Positions 8,595 to 16,919 of a stretch of DNA of 40,696 nt are shown here, piece after piece. Source of the DNA: a virus (taxonomy: Duplodnaviria > Caudoviricetes); IMG/VR virus record IMGVR_UViG_3300038393_001363, positions 1-40,696 of that record. One strand, given 5' to 3'. Position numbers and translations under genes: made by a program. Every line of letters begins with the position of its first letter. Position 1 is the stretch's first letter. Below the pieces are notes generated by a model. That model was given only the letters and a program-made list of their open reading frames with translations. It ran no database searches and was not told the origin of the DNA.

Positions 8595-8805
8595 CCTACG
8601 AGCGTCCGCGTGCGTTGTATTGAATCATCTCTAAAACCAACATAGACATTCTGCTGGATACTCAGAGGTGATAAGAATCCCCTCTTCGTATCCACCGTTT
8701 AGCTCTGTTTGACAGATAGACTGTATTCTCTTCTGGAATTTTAGTTAAAGCGCAAGAATTAATCACGGGCGTGCGCGACGCACAGGCACGCCCGGTTCAT
8801 TTTTT
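8595..8805 (+). ncRNA. Candidate structured non-coding RNA (~210 nt, rod with central bubble; possibly 6S-like)
   Basis: No ORF; between a promoter and a terminator-like hairpin; 5'/3' pairing GCGUCCG/CGGGCGU, CUAAAA/UUUUAG; internal hairpin UGGAUAC..AGAGG/CCUCU..GUAUCCA; G-U pairs favour the + strand. Confidence 0.55.
8766..8805 (+). terminator. Putative intrinsic terminator
   Basis: 9-bp stem CGGGCGTGC(8766-8774)/GCACGCCCG(8786-8794) followed by GTTCATTTTTT (interrupted U tract). Confidence 0.5.
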
Positions 8806-8808
8806 GGA

Positions 8809-8997
8809 TCAACGCCACGTTTGCGGATCTGCCGACTTGGCGACGTGGTAGGCGATGACCGTTTGGCACATGGTCAGCCCGTTGGCGAACTGAGTCTCGC
8901 CGTCCGCAGGGACATCGCGAAATTGCCTCAGTTCCATGAACAGACGCCAAGCCTCGTCGAGATGGTGAAGAATCTTCTTCTCGCGTTCGCTCGTCAT
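8809..8997 (-). CDS. Hypothetical protein
   Basis: Start MTSEREKK at 8997; GGAG RBS; ATGA overlap. Confidence 0.65.
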   Translation of the reverse strand: MTSEREKKILHHLDEAWRLFMELRQFRDVPADGETQFANGLTMCQTVIAYHVAKSADPQTWR

Positions 8998-9224
8998 GCC
9001 ACTTCTCCGTCGATGGTCCCGATCGTCACCGTTTCCGCAACCGCCGCCCAATCGTGCCGGTGGACCCGGTCCAGTTCTTTCGCCAGAACGTTGGCTCGTT
9101 CCCAATCCGTGCCGGCCGACAGGTACTCCAGCGCGAACCGCAGCGATTCGTCGGGGACGTCCAGTGCGTCGTCGCCGATCAGGGCGTCGGCCAGCTCTTG
9201 CCGCCAGTAGTTCAAGTTTGTCAC
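8994..9224 (-). CDS. Hypothetical protein
   Basis: ~75-aa acidic helical ORF; GGAG just upstream. Confidence 0.6.
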   Translation of the reverse strand: MTNLNYWRQELADALIGDDALDVPDESLRFALEYLSAGTDWERANVLAKELDRVHRHDWAAVAETVTIGTIDGEVA

Positions 9225-9246
9225 TCCAATGCCAAATCTCAGTGAT
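9225..9246. promoter_or_regulatory. Copy of the ATCATTG-N8-CAATGAT operator-like motif
   Basis: tccaatg-ccaaatct-cagtgat directly upstream of the 8994..9224 start. Confidence 0.55.
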
Positions 9247-9392
9247 TTTGGCCACTTCGCTTTAAACGAACGGAAATGGCCCTAGAATCGACGCACGTCA
9301 TTGCCTGATAGATTGGACGTCCGAACACCTGATCGCCTCGCCACGGGCAAGCCAGGGGCCTTACTGGTCATACTGGATTGACTTGGCTGCCG

Positions 9393-9710
9393 TCATTCGG
9401 ATTTCGGGTCGCCCGGCGGCCAAAGATAGGCCAGGATGAACTTGACCCTCTCGCGAGCCCAGATCGGCGACGACGCGTACTCGTGGCGGAATCCGATCTC
9501 GCGGTTGGCGACATCGTGAACGTCGCCGTCGGTCGCGAATTGCGCCCAGACCTTGGCCGTCGCGTCGTCGTAATCGCGCTCCACGGTCAGCATGATTCCG
9601 TCGAGCACGACCATGTGCCTGCGGGCCATCTCGCAATACGACTCGGCGAACGCCTCCAGTTTCCACATGCGGAGGTATCGCGCGGTCTTGGGGTTGGTGA
9701 CGTAGTTCAT
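9393..9710 (-). CDS. Hypothetical protein
   Basis: 105 aa; ATGA overlap with the upstream gene. Confidence 0.65.
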   Translation of the reverse strand: MNYVTNPKTARYLRMWKLEAFAESYCEMARRHMVVLDGIMLTVERDYDDATAKVWAQFATDGDVHDVANREIGFRHEYASSPIWARERVKFILAYLWPPGDPKSE

Positions 9711-10915
9711 GATGGCGAGTTCACCTTGTAGTCGGAAACCACGATCCCCTCCTTGGCAGAACCTCTCGCATGTGCCGGTCGCCAGACGAGTCCCGTCGTG
9801 TGGCCGAACAGCGGTTTGTCCTCAGTGTAGCGGGCGAAGTGCCCCCGGCAAATGTGGAGGGCCTTCTTCAGCCCGTTGGTCTCGATTTTGCCCTCGGTCC
9901 TGAGCACCTTCCGCATTGGCTCGATGTTGATCGTGTGGTAGCGGAGGAACGGCTTGAGGCCGTGGCGGGTCCGCTCGCGGTTGAGCTTGGCGTCGGGCTC
10001 GTGCACCTCGACTCCAACGTTTTTGCACCCCATGAATGATAATGCCATGAATGCTGGCTGACTCATGCGAGTCAATAAGCCAACGACATGATCCATCATC
10101 TCGCTTGATGCGTCCTGCCCCCCCACGACTTTGAACGTCGGAGATGCCTCCATGATTTTGCCGTGCTCCGACACGCGAAAAGTACATCCTCCCGGAGTGA
10201 ATGCATATCCGCCTAATTCCATGATGAATCGCCCTTCGACCCGCCACTTCATGCCATCGGTTGGAATAGGCATGGGCTGGTCGAATCCTCTTTGCATCAT
10301 GGCTCCATAGGCCGCAAGATTCGACGCCAGGGTTTTTTCAAGCGAGGACAAACCTAGTTCGTCTAGTGCTTGCAGCCCCTTCTGAGAAACTGTCAACACC
10401 GCTTGCTTTACAGTATCGACGTCGACTTTGGGCGTGAGCCAGTTTATCGAGGCTTCAAGCGCCTCCTTGAAATAATTGGGATCCCTGTTGATCTGGTCTA
10501 CGTAATCGTCCACCGATTGGTTTGCGAACAGCCATCCCCAGCGAACCGGGAGACCTTCCGAAGTCTGAATCGATCCTTCGGAATTAATGAATGGCGGTCG
10601 CCGCATTTCGATGAACACGTTGTTAAAGGGGAGCGCGTAGCAATGGAAATCATTCTGAAAATCCCATTCCTCCTGGGACGAGACTGAATAGAAGAAATCG
10701 GATACGTTCCTCGCGTCAATTACGACCGCCTTCGAAATGGCGGCCTGAGTTTCCTTGGTGGCCTCGCGAATGGCATGGCATGTGGCTTCGTCGGATTTTC
10801 CGGTCCAGGAAGGCATCTTCCACGACATTTGCTGAACGGCATCTGCGAATCGCTCGGGCTTTCCAAACCTCTTCTCGTATCTCGCCTTCTTGCTCTCTCT
10901 CGCCATGTTGATCAC
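9707..10915 (-). CDS. Conserved-type phage hypothetical protein (C-terminal H-x-x-RGH motif)
   Basis: 402 aa; C-terminus ALHICRGHFARY..KPLFG..GLVWRPAH.RG...G...DYKV is a pattern recurrent in phage proteins. Confidence 0.8.
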   Translation of the reverse strand: MINMARESKKARYEKRFGKPERFADAVQQMSWKMPSWTGKSDEATCHAIREATKETQAAISKAVVIDARNVSDFFYSVSSQEEWDFQNDFHCYALPFNNVFIEMRRPPFINSEGSIQTSEGLPVRWGWLFANQSVDDYVDQINRDPNYFKEALEASINWLTPKVDVDTVKQAVLTVSQKGLQALDELGLSSLEKTLASNLAAYGAMMQRGFDQPMPIPTDGMKWRVEGRFIMELGGYAFTPGGCTFRVSEHGKIMEASPTFKVVGGQDASSEMMDHVVGLLTRMSQPAFMALSFMGCKNVGVEVHEPDAKLNRERTRHGLKPFLRYHTINIEPMRKVLRTEGKIETNGLKKALHICRGHFARYTEDKPLFGHTTGLVWRPAHARGSAKEGIVVSDYKVNSPS

Positions 10916-11400
10916 TCCGAAAACCGATTCTTCATGTGCCAGTCCGCGTCATATTCGTAGCGTCCCTTGTTCGTCTCCAGCCACTCGCGCCTCGCCTGCT
11001 GCGCGACCTCGATCGCGTGTTCGGGGCTGATCTCGGACGTGGCGTAAACCACATCGTCGTGGCCTCCGTATCGGTCGACGACGTACACCTCGTATCCGTC
11101 CGGCCAAGGATCACGATCGGCTGGCACGGTCTGCTGGAATGTCTCGGCGACAGGCTCGCCGCTCCAGATCATCTTGAGCCGGACCTTGTGGACTTCGATC
11201 GTCTTGTAGCCGGCCCCGCATTCCGGCTGGCACTCGGAGTCGTCGTCGAGATCCACCTCTTCGATCTCGTTCCAACTTTCGTGAGGCCGCAGCGACATGG
11301 CTGCTCGCGCCTTCTGCTCGGTCGAGAAAAAACCCCACTGGCGGAAGTCGTCGTAGCAGCCGGTGGATACGATGTAAATCTTCTGGTGATCGCTCATCAC
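10912..11400 (-). CDS. Hypothetical protein; N-terminal domain shared with 3085..3642
   Basis: IYIVSTGCY...GFFSTEQKARA...IEEVDLD; GGGAG RBS. Confidence 0.7.
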   Translation of the reverse strand: MMSDHQKIYIVSTGCYDDFRQWGFFSTEQKARAAMSLRPHESWNEIEEVDLDDDSECQPECGAGYKTIEVHKVRLKMIWSGEPVAETFQQTVPADRDPWPDGYEVYVVDRYGGHDDVVYATSEISPEHAIEVAQQARREWLETNKGRYEYDADWHMKNRFSE

Positions 11401-11819
11401 TTCACTCCCGCCGCCACGGCCATAAATGCGTCAACCTCGGTCCAGATCGTCTGGATCGTCTTGGGGTCGACGTGCTTCTCCGCGAACCTAATGAACAGGG
11501 ATCGCCGTGACTTCTCAGACGCTTGATCCCGGTTCGCCAGGATGTTCTCGCGGGCCTGCAACGTCTTCCGCCTCCGCAACGCCGCGTTTTTGACCCGCTC
11601 GTAACCGCGAATCTTCCCCCTCGCCCTTCGCCACCAACTTTCGTTGTCGAGGGTTGCGCCGGAAGTCGGGTCGGCGAACGCCTCGGCTTGATCGTGGATC
11701 CGCGCGATCTCCGCGTCGGCCGCGCGGATCAGGTAGTCGCACTCCGCGACGGTCGTCATCTCCTCGTTCCTGATCTCCCACAACACGCGATCGTGGTACT
11801 TTTCGGCGGGGTCGCTCAT
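11397..11819 (-). CDS. Hypothetical helical protein
   Basis: Start MSDPAEK at 11819 with AAGGGG RBS. Confidence 0.7.
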   Translation of the reverse strand: MSDPAEKYHDRVLWEIRNEEMTTVAECDYLIRAADAEIARIHDQAEAFADPTSGATLDNESWWRRARGKIRGYERVKNAALRRRKTLQARENILANRDQASEKSRRSLFIRFAEKHVDPKTIQTIWTEVDAFMAVAAGVK

Positions 11820-11833
11820 TGATTCCCCTTTGC

Positions 11834-12043
11834 TCACGACTTGCACTTGCCGGATACCCGAACCCTGACCAGCGTCAGGACGATAAACGCCGCTAGCCAC
11901 GTCCAGAACGTGTACACCGGCTGCGTCCCGGCCAGCGTCGCGATCGACCAGATCAGGGCGAACGGGAAGATCGTAAACAGTCCGATCAGCAGGCAGATCG
12001 AACCTACGAGAGCCAGAACCACCAACGAGTCATCCTTCGACAT
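11834..12043 (-). CDS. Small two-TM membrane protein
   Basis: MSKDDSLVVLALVG...WTWLAAFIVLTLV; very hydrophobic. Confidence 0.7.
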   Translation of the reverse strand: MSKDDSLVVLALVGSICLLIGLFTIFPFALIWSIATLAGTQPVYTFWTWLAAFIVLTLVRVRVSGKCKS

Positions 12044-12085
12044 ACTGGAGCCTTTCCGGGTTGAATTGGGATTCGCCAACATGAT

Positions 12086-13021
12086 TCAGACCTTCCTGTA
12101 TTCCGTCGTCGCCACTTCCGTTCCGTCTTCCTGCTGCGTGATCGTGTAGTCGCCGAACAATAGCGGCGAAACGTGCTGGAGGCACCGCAGAACCTTGATC
12201 GCCATTTCCCGGATCGGCACGTCGGCGTGCTTCGTGGCTCGCTGGTCGAGGAAGCCCCTCCACGCGCGGGCGTTCCCGGTGACGACGATTGGTGCTTCCG
12301 TGGAATTCGGAAGGTTCTCGCGGGCGACCTGATTGAGATGCTTCCGTTCTTCGGTCTTCGAGCCGCCCTGAAGCAACGGATGCCCGGCTTCCCGCATGCT
12401 AGATAGCCAGATCGCGTCGCCCTCATACCGACTGGCCGCGTCCTGGATCTTCCTCTCGAACGTCCAGTGGGCCTGCTTCGTGTAGCTCTTGAGTTCGTCG
12501 CTCGCGTCGGCGGGAAGGCGGTCGACCTGATACTCCGGACGTTCCACGAATCGCAGAGTCTTGTTGTCGCAATACCGCTGGCTGAGTTGGCTCGGGGACT
12601 CGTGCCGATGCCGGACCAGCTCGTGCGTCAGACTCCGGTCGACGCCCCAGAACAGGAACCCGTAGTTGGCATGTTCCAGAACGGAGCCGTGGCCGGACGC
12701 GAGGATGTTCTTGAAGTAACGATCCGCGTCCACGTTCCGCGTTCGCTTTTCGCCGAACGACAGGTAGCAGAGTTGGCCGGCGAACTTGGAAGCCAGTGCG
12801 CCGGCCTCCAAGGTGTGCGGATCGTTCAGGTATTCACCGAATCCGAGTTCGACGTCGAATCCGTCAAGGAACCCGGATATACTGGCCAGTTCCGTGTTCG
12901 GGCGCGAGATCATCGCAACGCCGGCTTCCTTGAGGTAGCGGACGCCGAAGAACTCAAACACAGGCGGGTTGAACGCCGGGAAGCCGTACTTGATCTCTGG
13001 CTCTTTTAACGGGATGCTCAC
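12086..13021 (-). CDS. thyX: FAD-dependent thymidylate synthase ThyX
   Basis: GHGSVLEH, SLTHELVRHRHESPSQLSQRY (RHRx7S), ARENLPN, TGNARAWRGF; GTG start at 13021 overlapping the upstream stop. Confidence 0.95.
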   Translation of the reverse strand: MSIPLKEPEIKYGFPAFNPPVFEFFGVRYLKEAGVAMISRPNTELASISGFLDGFDVELGFGEYLNDPHTLEAGALASKFAGQLCYLSFGEKRTRNVDADRYFKNILASGHGSVLEHANYGFLFWGVDRSLTHELVRHRHESPSQLSQRYCDNKTLRFVERPEYQVDRLPADASDELKSYTKQAHWTFERKIQDAASRYEGDAIWLSSMREAGHPLLQGGSKTEERKHLNQVARENLPNSTEAPIVVTGNARAWRGFLDQRATKHADVPIREMAIKVLRCLQHVSPLLFGDYTITQQEDGTEVATTEYRKV

Positions 13022-13584
13022 TTTGCCGCCGCCTTCCTCTTCGTCGCCCACCGATCGTCCATCTCGGGCATGTTCTCCTCGAAATCCATCAGCGTGAACG
13101 CGCCCCACGCGATCGCCGCGAGGTTGTCGTCGGACGTGTCGCCTTCCTTGAACAACTCAAGGTGGTTCTGGAGATGGTTGATCACGTCGCTGTATGGAAA
13201 ACCATGCCTCCAATTCTCGGGACCGTAGTTGGCGGCACCCAGCGCATATCGAGCCGCAAGCCGGCGAAGACCAACGACGCTGATCAGGTCGTATCGCACG
13301 CCGTTCGCGTCCTTCGACCGCTTCGCGCCGGTCGAGAACTTCGTGCATTCAGAGTCAGTGACGGTTCCGGTTTCGGACTGCGTTGATTCCGTATCATCCA
13401 ATTCGGGGCCATCCTGTTCTCTGTTCCAATTCTTTACTGCTTCCACGGCAGAAGCGGCCAGCGTACTGCTGTTGTCGCAGTACGTACATTCAACCCAATA
13501 GCGGCCTTCGATATTATCGATCTCAAGATCGACCCCGTCGCACTCAAGACACGCCGCTGCGCTCTTCAACAATTCGTCGCTCAA
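13018..13584 (-). CDS. dATP/dGTP diphosphohydrolase-like (DUF5664-type) protein with N-terminal Lar-like Zn finger
   Basis: KFSTGAKRS...RYDLI...LRRLA..YALGA.NYG.ENWRHG.P......H......GD.SDDNLAAIAW; N-terminal CLEC...VECTYC...EAVKNWN. Confidence 0.8.
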   Translation of the reverse strand: MSDELLKSAAACLECDGVDLEIDNIEGRYWVECTYCDNSSTLAASAVEAVKNWNREQDGPELDDTESTQSETGTVTDSECTKFSTGAKRSKDANGVRYDLISVVGLRRLAARYALGAANYGPENWRHGFPYSDVINHLQNHLELFKEGDTSDDNLAAIAWGAFTLMDFEENMPEMDDRWATKRKAAAK

Positions 13585-14117
13585 TTCAGACTCCCCTCGT
13601 ATTCCGCCAGCAACTCGCGGAGCTTCTTCATCGCCGCTTCCTGGATCTGCCTAACCCGCTCCTTCGTCAGTCCGAACTTCTCGCCGACCTCGTGGAGCTT
13701 CAGGCCGTCGATCAGCCGCATCTTCACGATCTCGCGTTCTCGGTCGGGCAGTTTGCTTAGTGCGTTGGCGACCGTTCCAGAAAGCATGTCGTCTCGCGGC
13801 TCGTCGTCCTTGGCGGCACAGTCGATCGTCGTTGCATCGGCGACGATTCGTCGCTTCCTCATCCAGCGATCCGCGCTCCTGTGGTGGTCGTTCAGGCCAA
13901 TGCGTATCCCGCGATGCGCGTACGTCGAGAACATCGCGATATTCCGGTCGTAACTCCTCGCCGCGCGGATCAGGGCGAAGAACGACGCCTCGTAGCAGTC
14001 GTCGATGTCGTCGTGAACCCTCTTGTTGGATTTGGCCAACGACACGGCCATCTTGAAACACGTCGCCGCGAGGTCGCGTTGTTCGTCAGTGAGTCTTTGA
14101 TTGGGGGCTGCTTTCAC
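13581..14117 (-). CDS. Sigma70-family RNA polymerase sigma factor (regions 2 and 4)
   Basis: ALIRAARSYD....FSTYA (region 2); LPDREREIVKMR....L.EVGEKFGLTKERVRQIQ..AMKKLR (region 4). Confidence 0.88.
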   Translation of the reverse strand: MKAAPNQRLTDEQRDLAATCFKMAVSLAKSNKRVHDDIDDCYEASFFALIRAARSYDRNIAMFSTYAHRGIRIGLNDHHRSADRWMRKRRIVADATTIDCAAKDDEPRDDMLSGTVANALSKLPDREREIVKMRLIDGLKLHEVGEKFGLTKERVRQIQEAAMKKLRELLAEYEGSLN

Positions 14118-14452
14118 GGGCTTTCTCCTTGTTCGCGTTCATCTAGGAAGGCTTTCATCTCGACAAGTTTGAACAACACCTTGTCGGAGGGCAGAAGGTT
14201 GTCGACCGCGTGTTTGAACTGAGCCGCCAGCCTATCAAGGATGGCCTCAGCGATCGGCCTGGGCTTGGGCTTGACTCGTCGGTTCCACCATTCGATCGCT
14301 TCGGATTCGATCGGCGTATTGAACTGCACCACGACATCGCATCCGGTGCAGTGGAAATCCCATGCGTCGGTCGAATTCCCGTCTTCGTCGATGTTCTCGC
14401 ACAGTTCGACTTCATCGCCGCAGAACGGGCACGCCTCGATCATCTCGCTCAT
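14114..14452 (-). CDS. Lar (restriction alleviation)-family Zn-finger protein
   Basis: CPFCG...CTGC...EAIEWWNRR. Confidence 0.8.
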   Translation of the reverse strand: MSEMIEACPFCGDEVELCENIDEDGNSTDAWDFHCTGCDVVVQFNTPIESEAIEWWNRRVKPKPRPIAEAILDRLAAQFKHAVDNLLPSDKVLFKLVEMKAFLDEREQGESP

Positions 14453-14453
14453 T

Positions 14454-14795
14454 TCACTCCCCCTGCTCCGCTAAAGCCGATCGAATGTCTCCAACGCTCA
14501 TCTCGTTTGATCCGCCGAAAACCTTGAACTCGACGATCGCTTCATCCGGCAGTCCGTCAATGGTTCGGTCGAGCAGAGAAACCAGTGGTCTCATTGACGG
14601 TCCCACATGCCTGCGATTCCATCGCCCGACACACAACCGCGACCCGTCCCGCTCGTATTCCCAAGGTCCGTGACAGCCGCACTCGTAGCAGTTGACCCGC
14701 GTCGGCGTTCCCTCGCGGTCCTCGCAGTCGAACTCATCGGCCTCGGTTTCATCGCTGCCGCAGAATGGGCAGAAGATCGGATCGTCGCCCATCAC
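14454..14795 (-). CDS. Lar-family Zn-finger protein
   Basis: MGDDPIFCPFCGS...VNCYECGCHGP...RWNRR. Confidence 0.75.
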   Translation of the reverse strand: MMGDDPIFCPFCGSDETEADEFDCEDREGTPTRVNCYECGCHGPWEYERDGSRLCVGRWNRRHVGPSMRPLVSLLDRTIDGLPDEAIVEFKVFGGSNEMSVGDIRSALAEQGE

Positions 14796-15037
14796 TCCCC
14801 CTTCCCATCGCTGAACACCAGCGCCTTGATCCTCCGAATAATCGTCCCGATGTCGCCGCCGCTGAGCGACAACCCGCAGTCCGGGTTCTCGCACTTGTAG
14901 AAGAAGCGGTTCGGTGGCACCATGCACATCGCATATCCGAAGTACATCGTCCGCTTGAGGCACGCCGGGCAGACGACCCGGTTGCTGGACGGCTCGACCT
15001 CCTTCGGCGTCTCGTCTAGTTCGTCACTCATCTCCAC
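14792..15037 (-). CDS. Small Zn-ribbon protein
   Basis: CPAC...CENPDC. Confidence 0.65.
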   Translation of the reverse strand: MEMSDELDETPKEVEPSSNRVVCPACLKRTMYFGYAMCMVPPNRFFYKCENPDCGLSLSGGDIGTIIRRIKALVFSDGKGE

Positions 15038-15479
15038 ACCCCTTTCCGGTGTTGCCCGTGTCAGTCTCGGCCACGAAGTCGCGCCAATGCACGAAACCCT
15101 TCGGGCACCAGAACCCCCACTCCCTCACCTTCGGCCCGGTCAGGAACAGCGTCCACGCCGGAACCGGCTTCCCGTCCTTGCGGACCAACTCAACGCGGTG
15201 CGTGTGCGTCGCGCGGCGGAAGACGATCGCCCCGAGCCGGCGTCGCTTCACGTAGCGGTCGGTGTGCTCGATGTACTCGCCCTTGATCGCGAAACTCAGG
15301 CTGGCCCACGGATGGTCGTGCAACGCCCGATCGTCGTCGTCGCGGAGGAACTTGTGGAGGTAGACGTTGAACCAGCGATTGCGCGGGATGACGTACCACC
15401 GCAGCATGTACGGGTCGTCGGGTCCGCCGATGATGAAGTCGGGCGGTCGCTTGAAACGATCGAAGAATCGCACGGCCAC
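15024..15479 (-). CDS. Cupin-fold phage protein
   Basis: VYLHKF..DDDRALHDHPW...GEY.E...HRVEL...WTLFLTGP..REWGF (HxH...H metal-site pattern). Confidence 0.8.
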   Translation of the reverse strand: MAVRFFDRFKRPPDFIIGGPDDPYMLRWYVIPRNRWFNVYLHKFLRDDDDRALHDHPWASLSFAIKGEYIEHTDRYVKRRRLGAIVFRRATHTHRVELVRKDGKPVPAWTLFLTGPKVREWGFWCPKGFVHWRDFVAETDTGNTGKGCGDE

Positions 15480-15511
15480 TCCTTCCCTGTTGCGGTGTCA
15501 GGACCGAGACT

Positions 15512-15543
15512 AGAATAGCAAATCAATGCCAAATATCAATGAC
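15512..15543 (-). promoter_or_regulatory. Sigma70-type promoter with overlapping operator-like motif
   Basis: Minus strand TTGATA-16-TATTCT with TGn extension; motif atcaatg-ccaaatat-caatgac at 15522-15543. Confidence 0.65.
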
Positions 15544-15559
15544 GATGGCCGAAAAAAAA

Positions 15560-15826
15560 TCAGTCGTCGAGTTCCGCATCGCCCCACTCGACTGGTTCCA
15601 TTCCCGCTTCAACTCGTGCGTAGTTGATGTAGTAGAGCCAGTGGTCGATGTGGTCGCCGTCGCAGACGCTCGCGTCCTCGACGCAATAGCCCTCGTGCTC
15701 AATCCACATGGAGCACTCACCGCTGACCACCTGGCAGTGGATCGACCAATCCTCGGGCATGTGCTCCGCTGCGAATCGGTACAGCCCGTTGATCGTGAGG
15801 TCGAACGCCTTTCGATAGCCGGTCAT
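15560..15826 (-). CDS. Hypothetical protein
   Basis: GGAGG RBS; ATGA overlap. Confidence 0.65.
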   Translation of the reverse strand: MTGYRKAFDLTINGLYRFAAEHMPEDWSIHCQVVSGECSMWIEHEGYCVEDASVCDGDHIDHWLYYINYARVEAGMEPVEWGDAELDD

Positions 15827-16044
15827 TCCTCGCCTCCTGTCGCGTTGTCTTGACGTGCGCAGTCACCGCATCGCACGCGAGCCTTCTGTCCGCCGTCGTT
15901 CTGCCAGTGCCCGCACTCCAGTTCGATTCGATGTTCGGGGTAGTAGGGCCAGTCGAAGTCGACCACGACGTACCGCTTGACGATCTTGCGGAGCGGCAAC
16001 TTGGTGTAACTCGTGTCGGGTGTAAACCTGCCCCATCGGGTCAC
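15823..16044 (-). CDS. Small Zn-binding protein
   Basis: GTG start overlapping the upstream stop; LECGH...RCGDC. Confidence 0.6.
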   Translation of the reverse strand: MTRWGRFTPDTSYTKLPLRKIVKRYVVVDFDWPYYPEHRIELECGHWQNDGGQKARVRCGDCARQDNATGGEE

Positions 16045-16517
16045 TCCCCACCGCCTTCCCCGCCGTCGCGGAGCATCTTGTCGATCAGCAAGGAAGTCAC
16101 CGCCTCGCTGTTCAACCAAGCCGCGTGATCGCCGTCCTTCGACTCCACGAAAACCTTGTCGCCTCGGCTCGCGGCCTTTCTCAGCATGCGGACGGCGAAG
16201 CCCTCGTTGCTGTCGAAAGCAATCTCCCTCGGCTTCAGCCGCTCGATCTCGGCGGCCTGCTGCTGGAGCCTCGCGTCCCAGATGTAAATAATGGTTTTCG
16301 CACGCAGGATCGCGTCGAGGCCGATGTTGCTGTGGCTCACCGAATAGCCGATGAGTCGATTGAGGCTTTCAATGACCTCGCGGGCGTCGGGGCACTCGGC
16401 GTTCGCCAATTCATCGATCCCGTCGCGGAACGCCCCTCCGCAAGCCATGACGCCGCCGCATTCGTCTTCCAGATCGGCGGCTCGCAAAATCCATTTTTCG
16501 TTCGGCTTGTCACCCAC
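16041..16517 (-). CDS. Hypothetical protein
   Basis: AGGAGG RBS; 158 aa. Confidence 0.7.
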   Translation of the reverse strand: MGDKPNEKWILRAADLEDECGGVMACGGAFRDGIDELANAECPDAREVIESLNRLIGYSVSHSNIGLDAILRAKTIIYIWDARLQQQAAEIERLKPREIAFDSNEGFAVRMLRKAASRGDKVFVESKDGDHAAWLNSEAVTSLLIDKMLRDGGEGGGE

Positions 16518-16692
16518 TAAAGACCTCCTGCTCCCGCTCGGCCATCGCCTTGAACGCGGTCAAGAACTCGTCAAGGTCTCGCTTCTTCACGACCTCTGGA
16601 ACCCCCTCGTACGCCGAAATCCACGTCATGTCACCGTTCGCACTCATCTTGCGGAGCAGGTCGATGATCTTCTTCGTCTTGTCCACCTTCAT
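16510..16692 (-). CDS. Hypothetical protein
   Basis: MKVDKTKKIIDLL...; start uncertain. Confidence 0.55.
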   Translation of the reverse strand: MKVDKTKKIIDLLRKMSANGDMTWISAYEGVPEVVKKRDLDEFLTAFKAMAEREQEVFSG

Positions 16693-16700
16693 CCCCCGTT

Positions 16701-16907
16701 TCAGATCGACACGGTTTCTTCGACGGTTTGTTCGTCGGACGGGCTTTCCTGTTTGACGTTCTTCCTGCGCAGGCACGGCGGGTATCGCCACGAATTCGCG
16801 GAATCCTCCGGTCGCGGGCCGCCGATGGAACAGAGAATGGGATACGCGACGATCGCGAACAGCAACCACTCGAACGGGCTTCCGGGGAGAAAATCCCACA
16901 CGCTCAA
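16701..16907 (-). CDS. Small membrane protein
   Basis: GAGGAGG RBS; hydrophobic WLLFAIVAYPILCSIG. Confidence 0.6.
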   Translation of the reverse strand: MSVWDFLPGSPFEWLLFAIVAYPILCSIGGPRPEDSANSWRYPPCLRRKNVKQESPSDEQTVEETVSI

Positions 16908-16919
16908 CTGTCGGCCTCC

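Noticed and set aside
8590-8794. Retron msr-msd or CRISPR mini-array reading of the ncRNA locus
   Set aside because: Terminal inverted repeats exist, but there is no reverse transcriptase or cas gene in the window and no regularly spaced direct repeats
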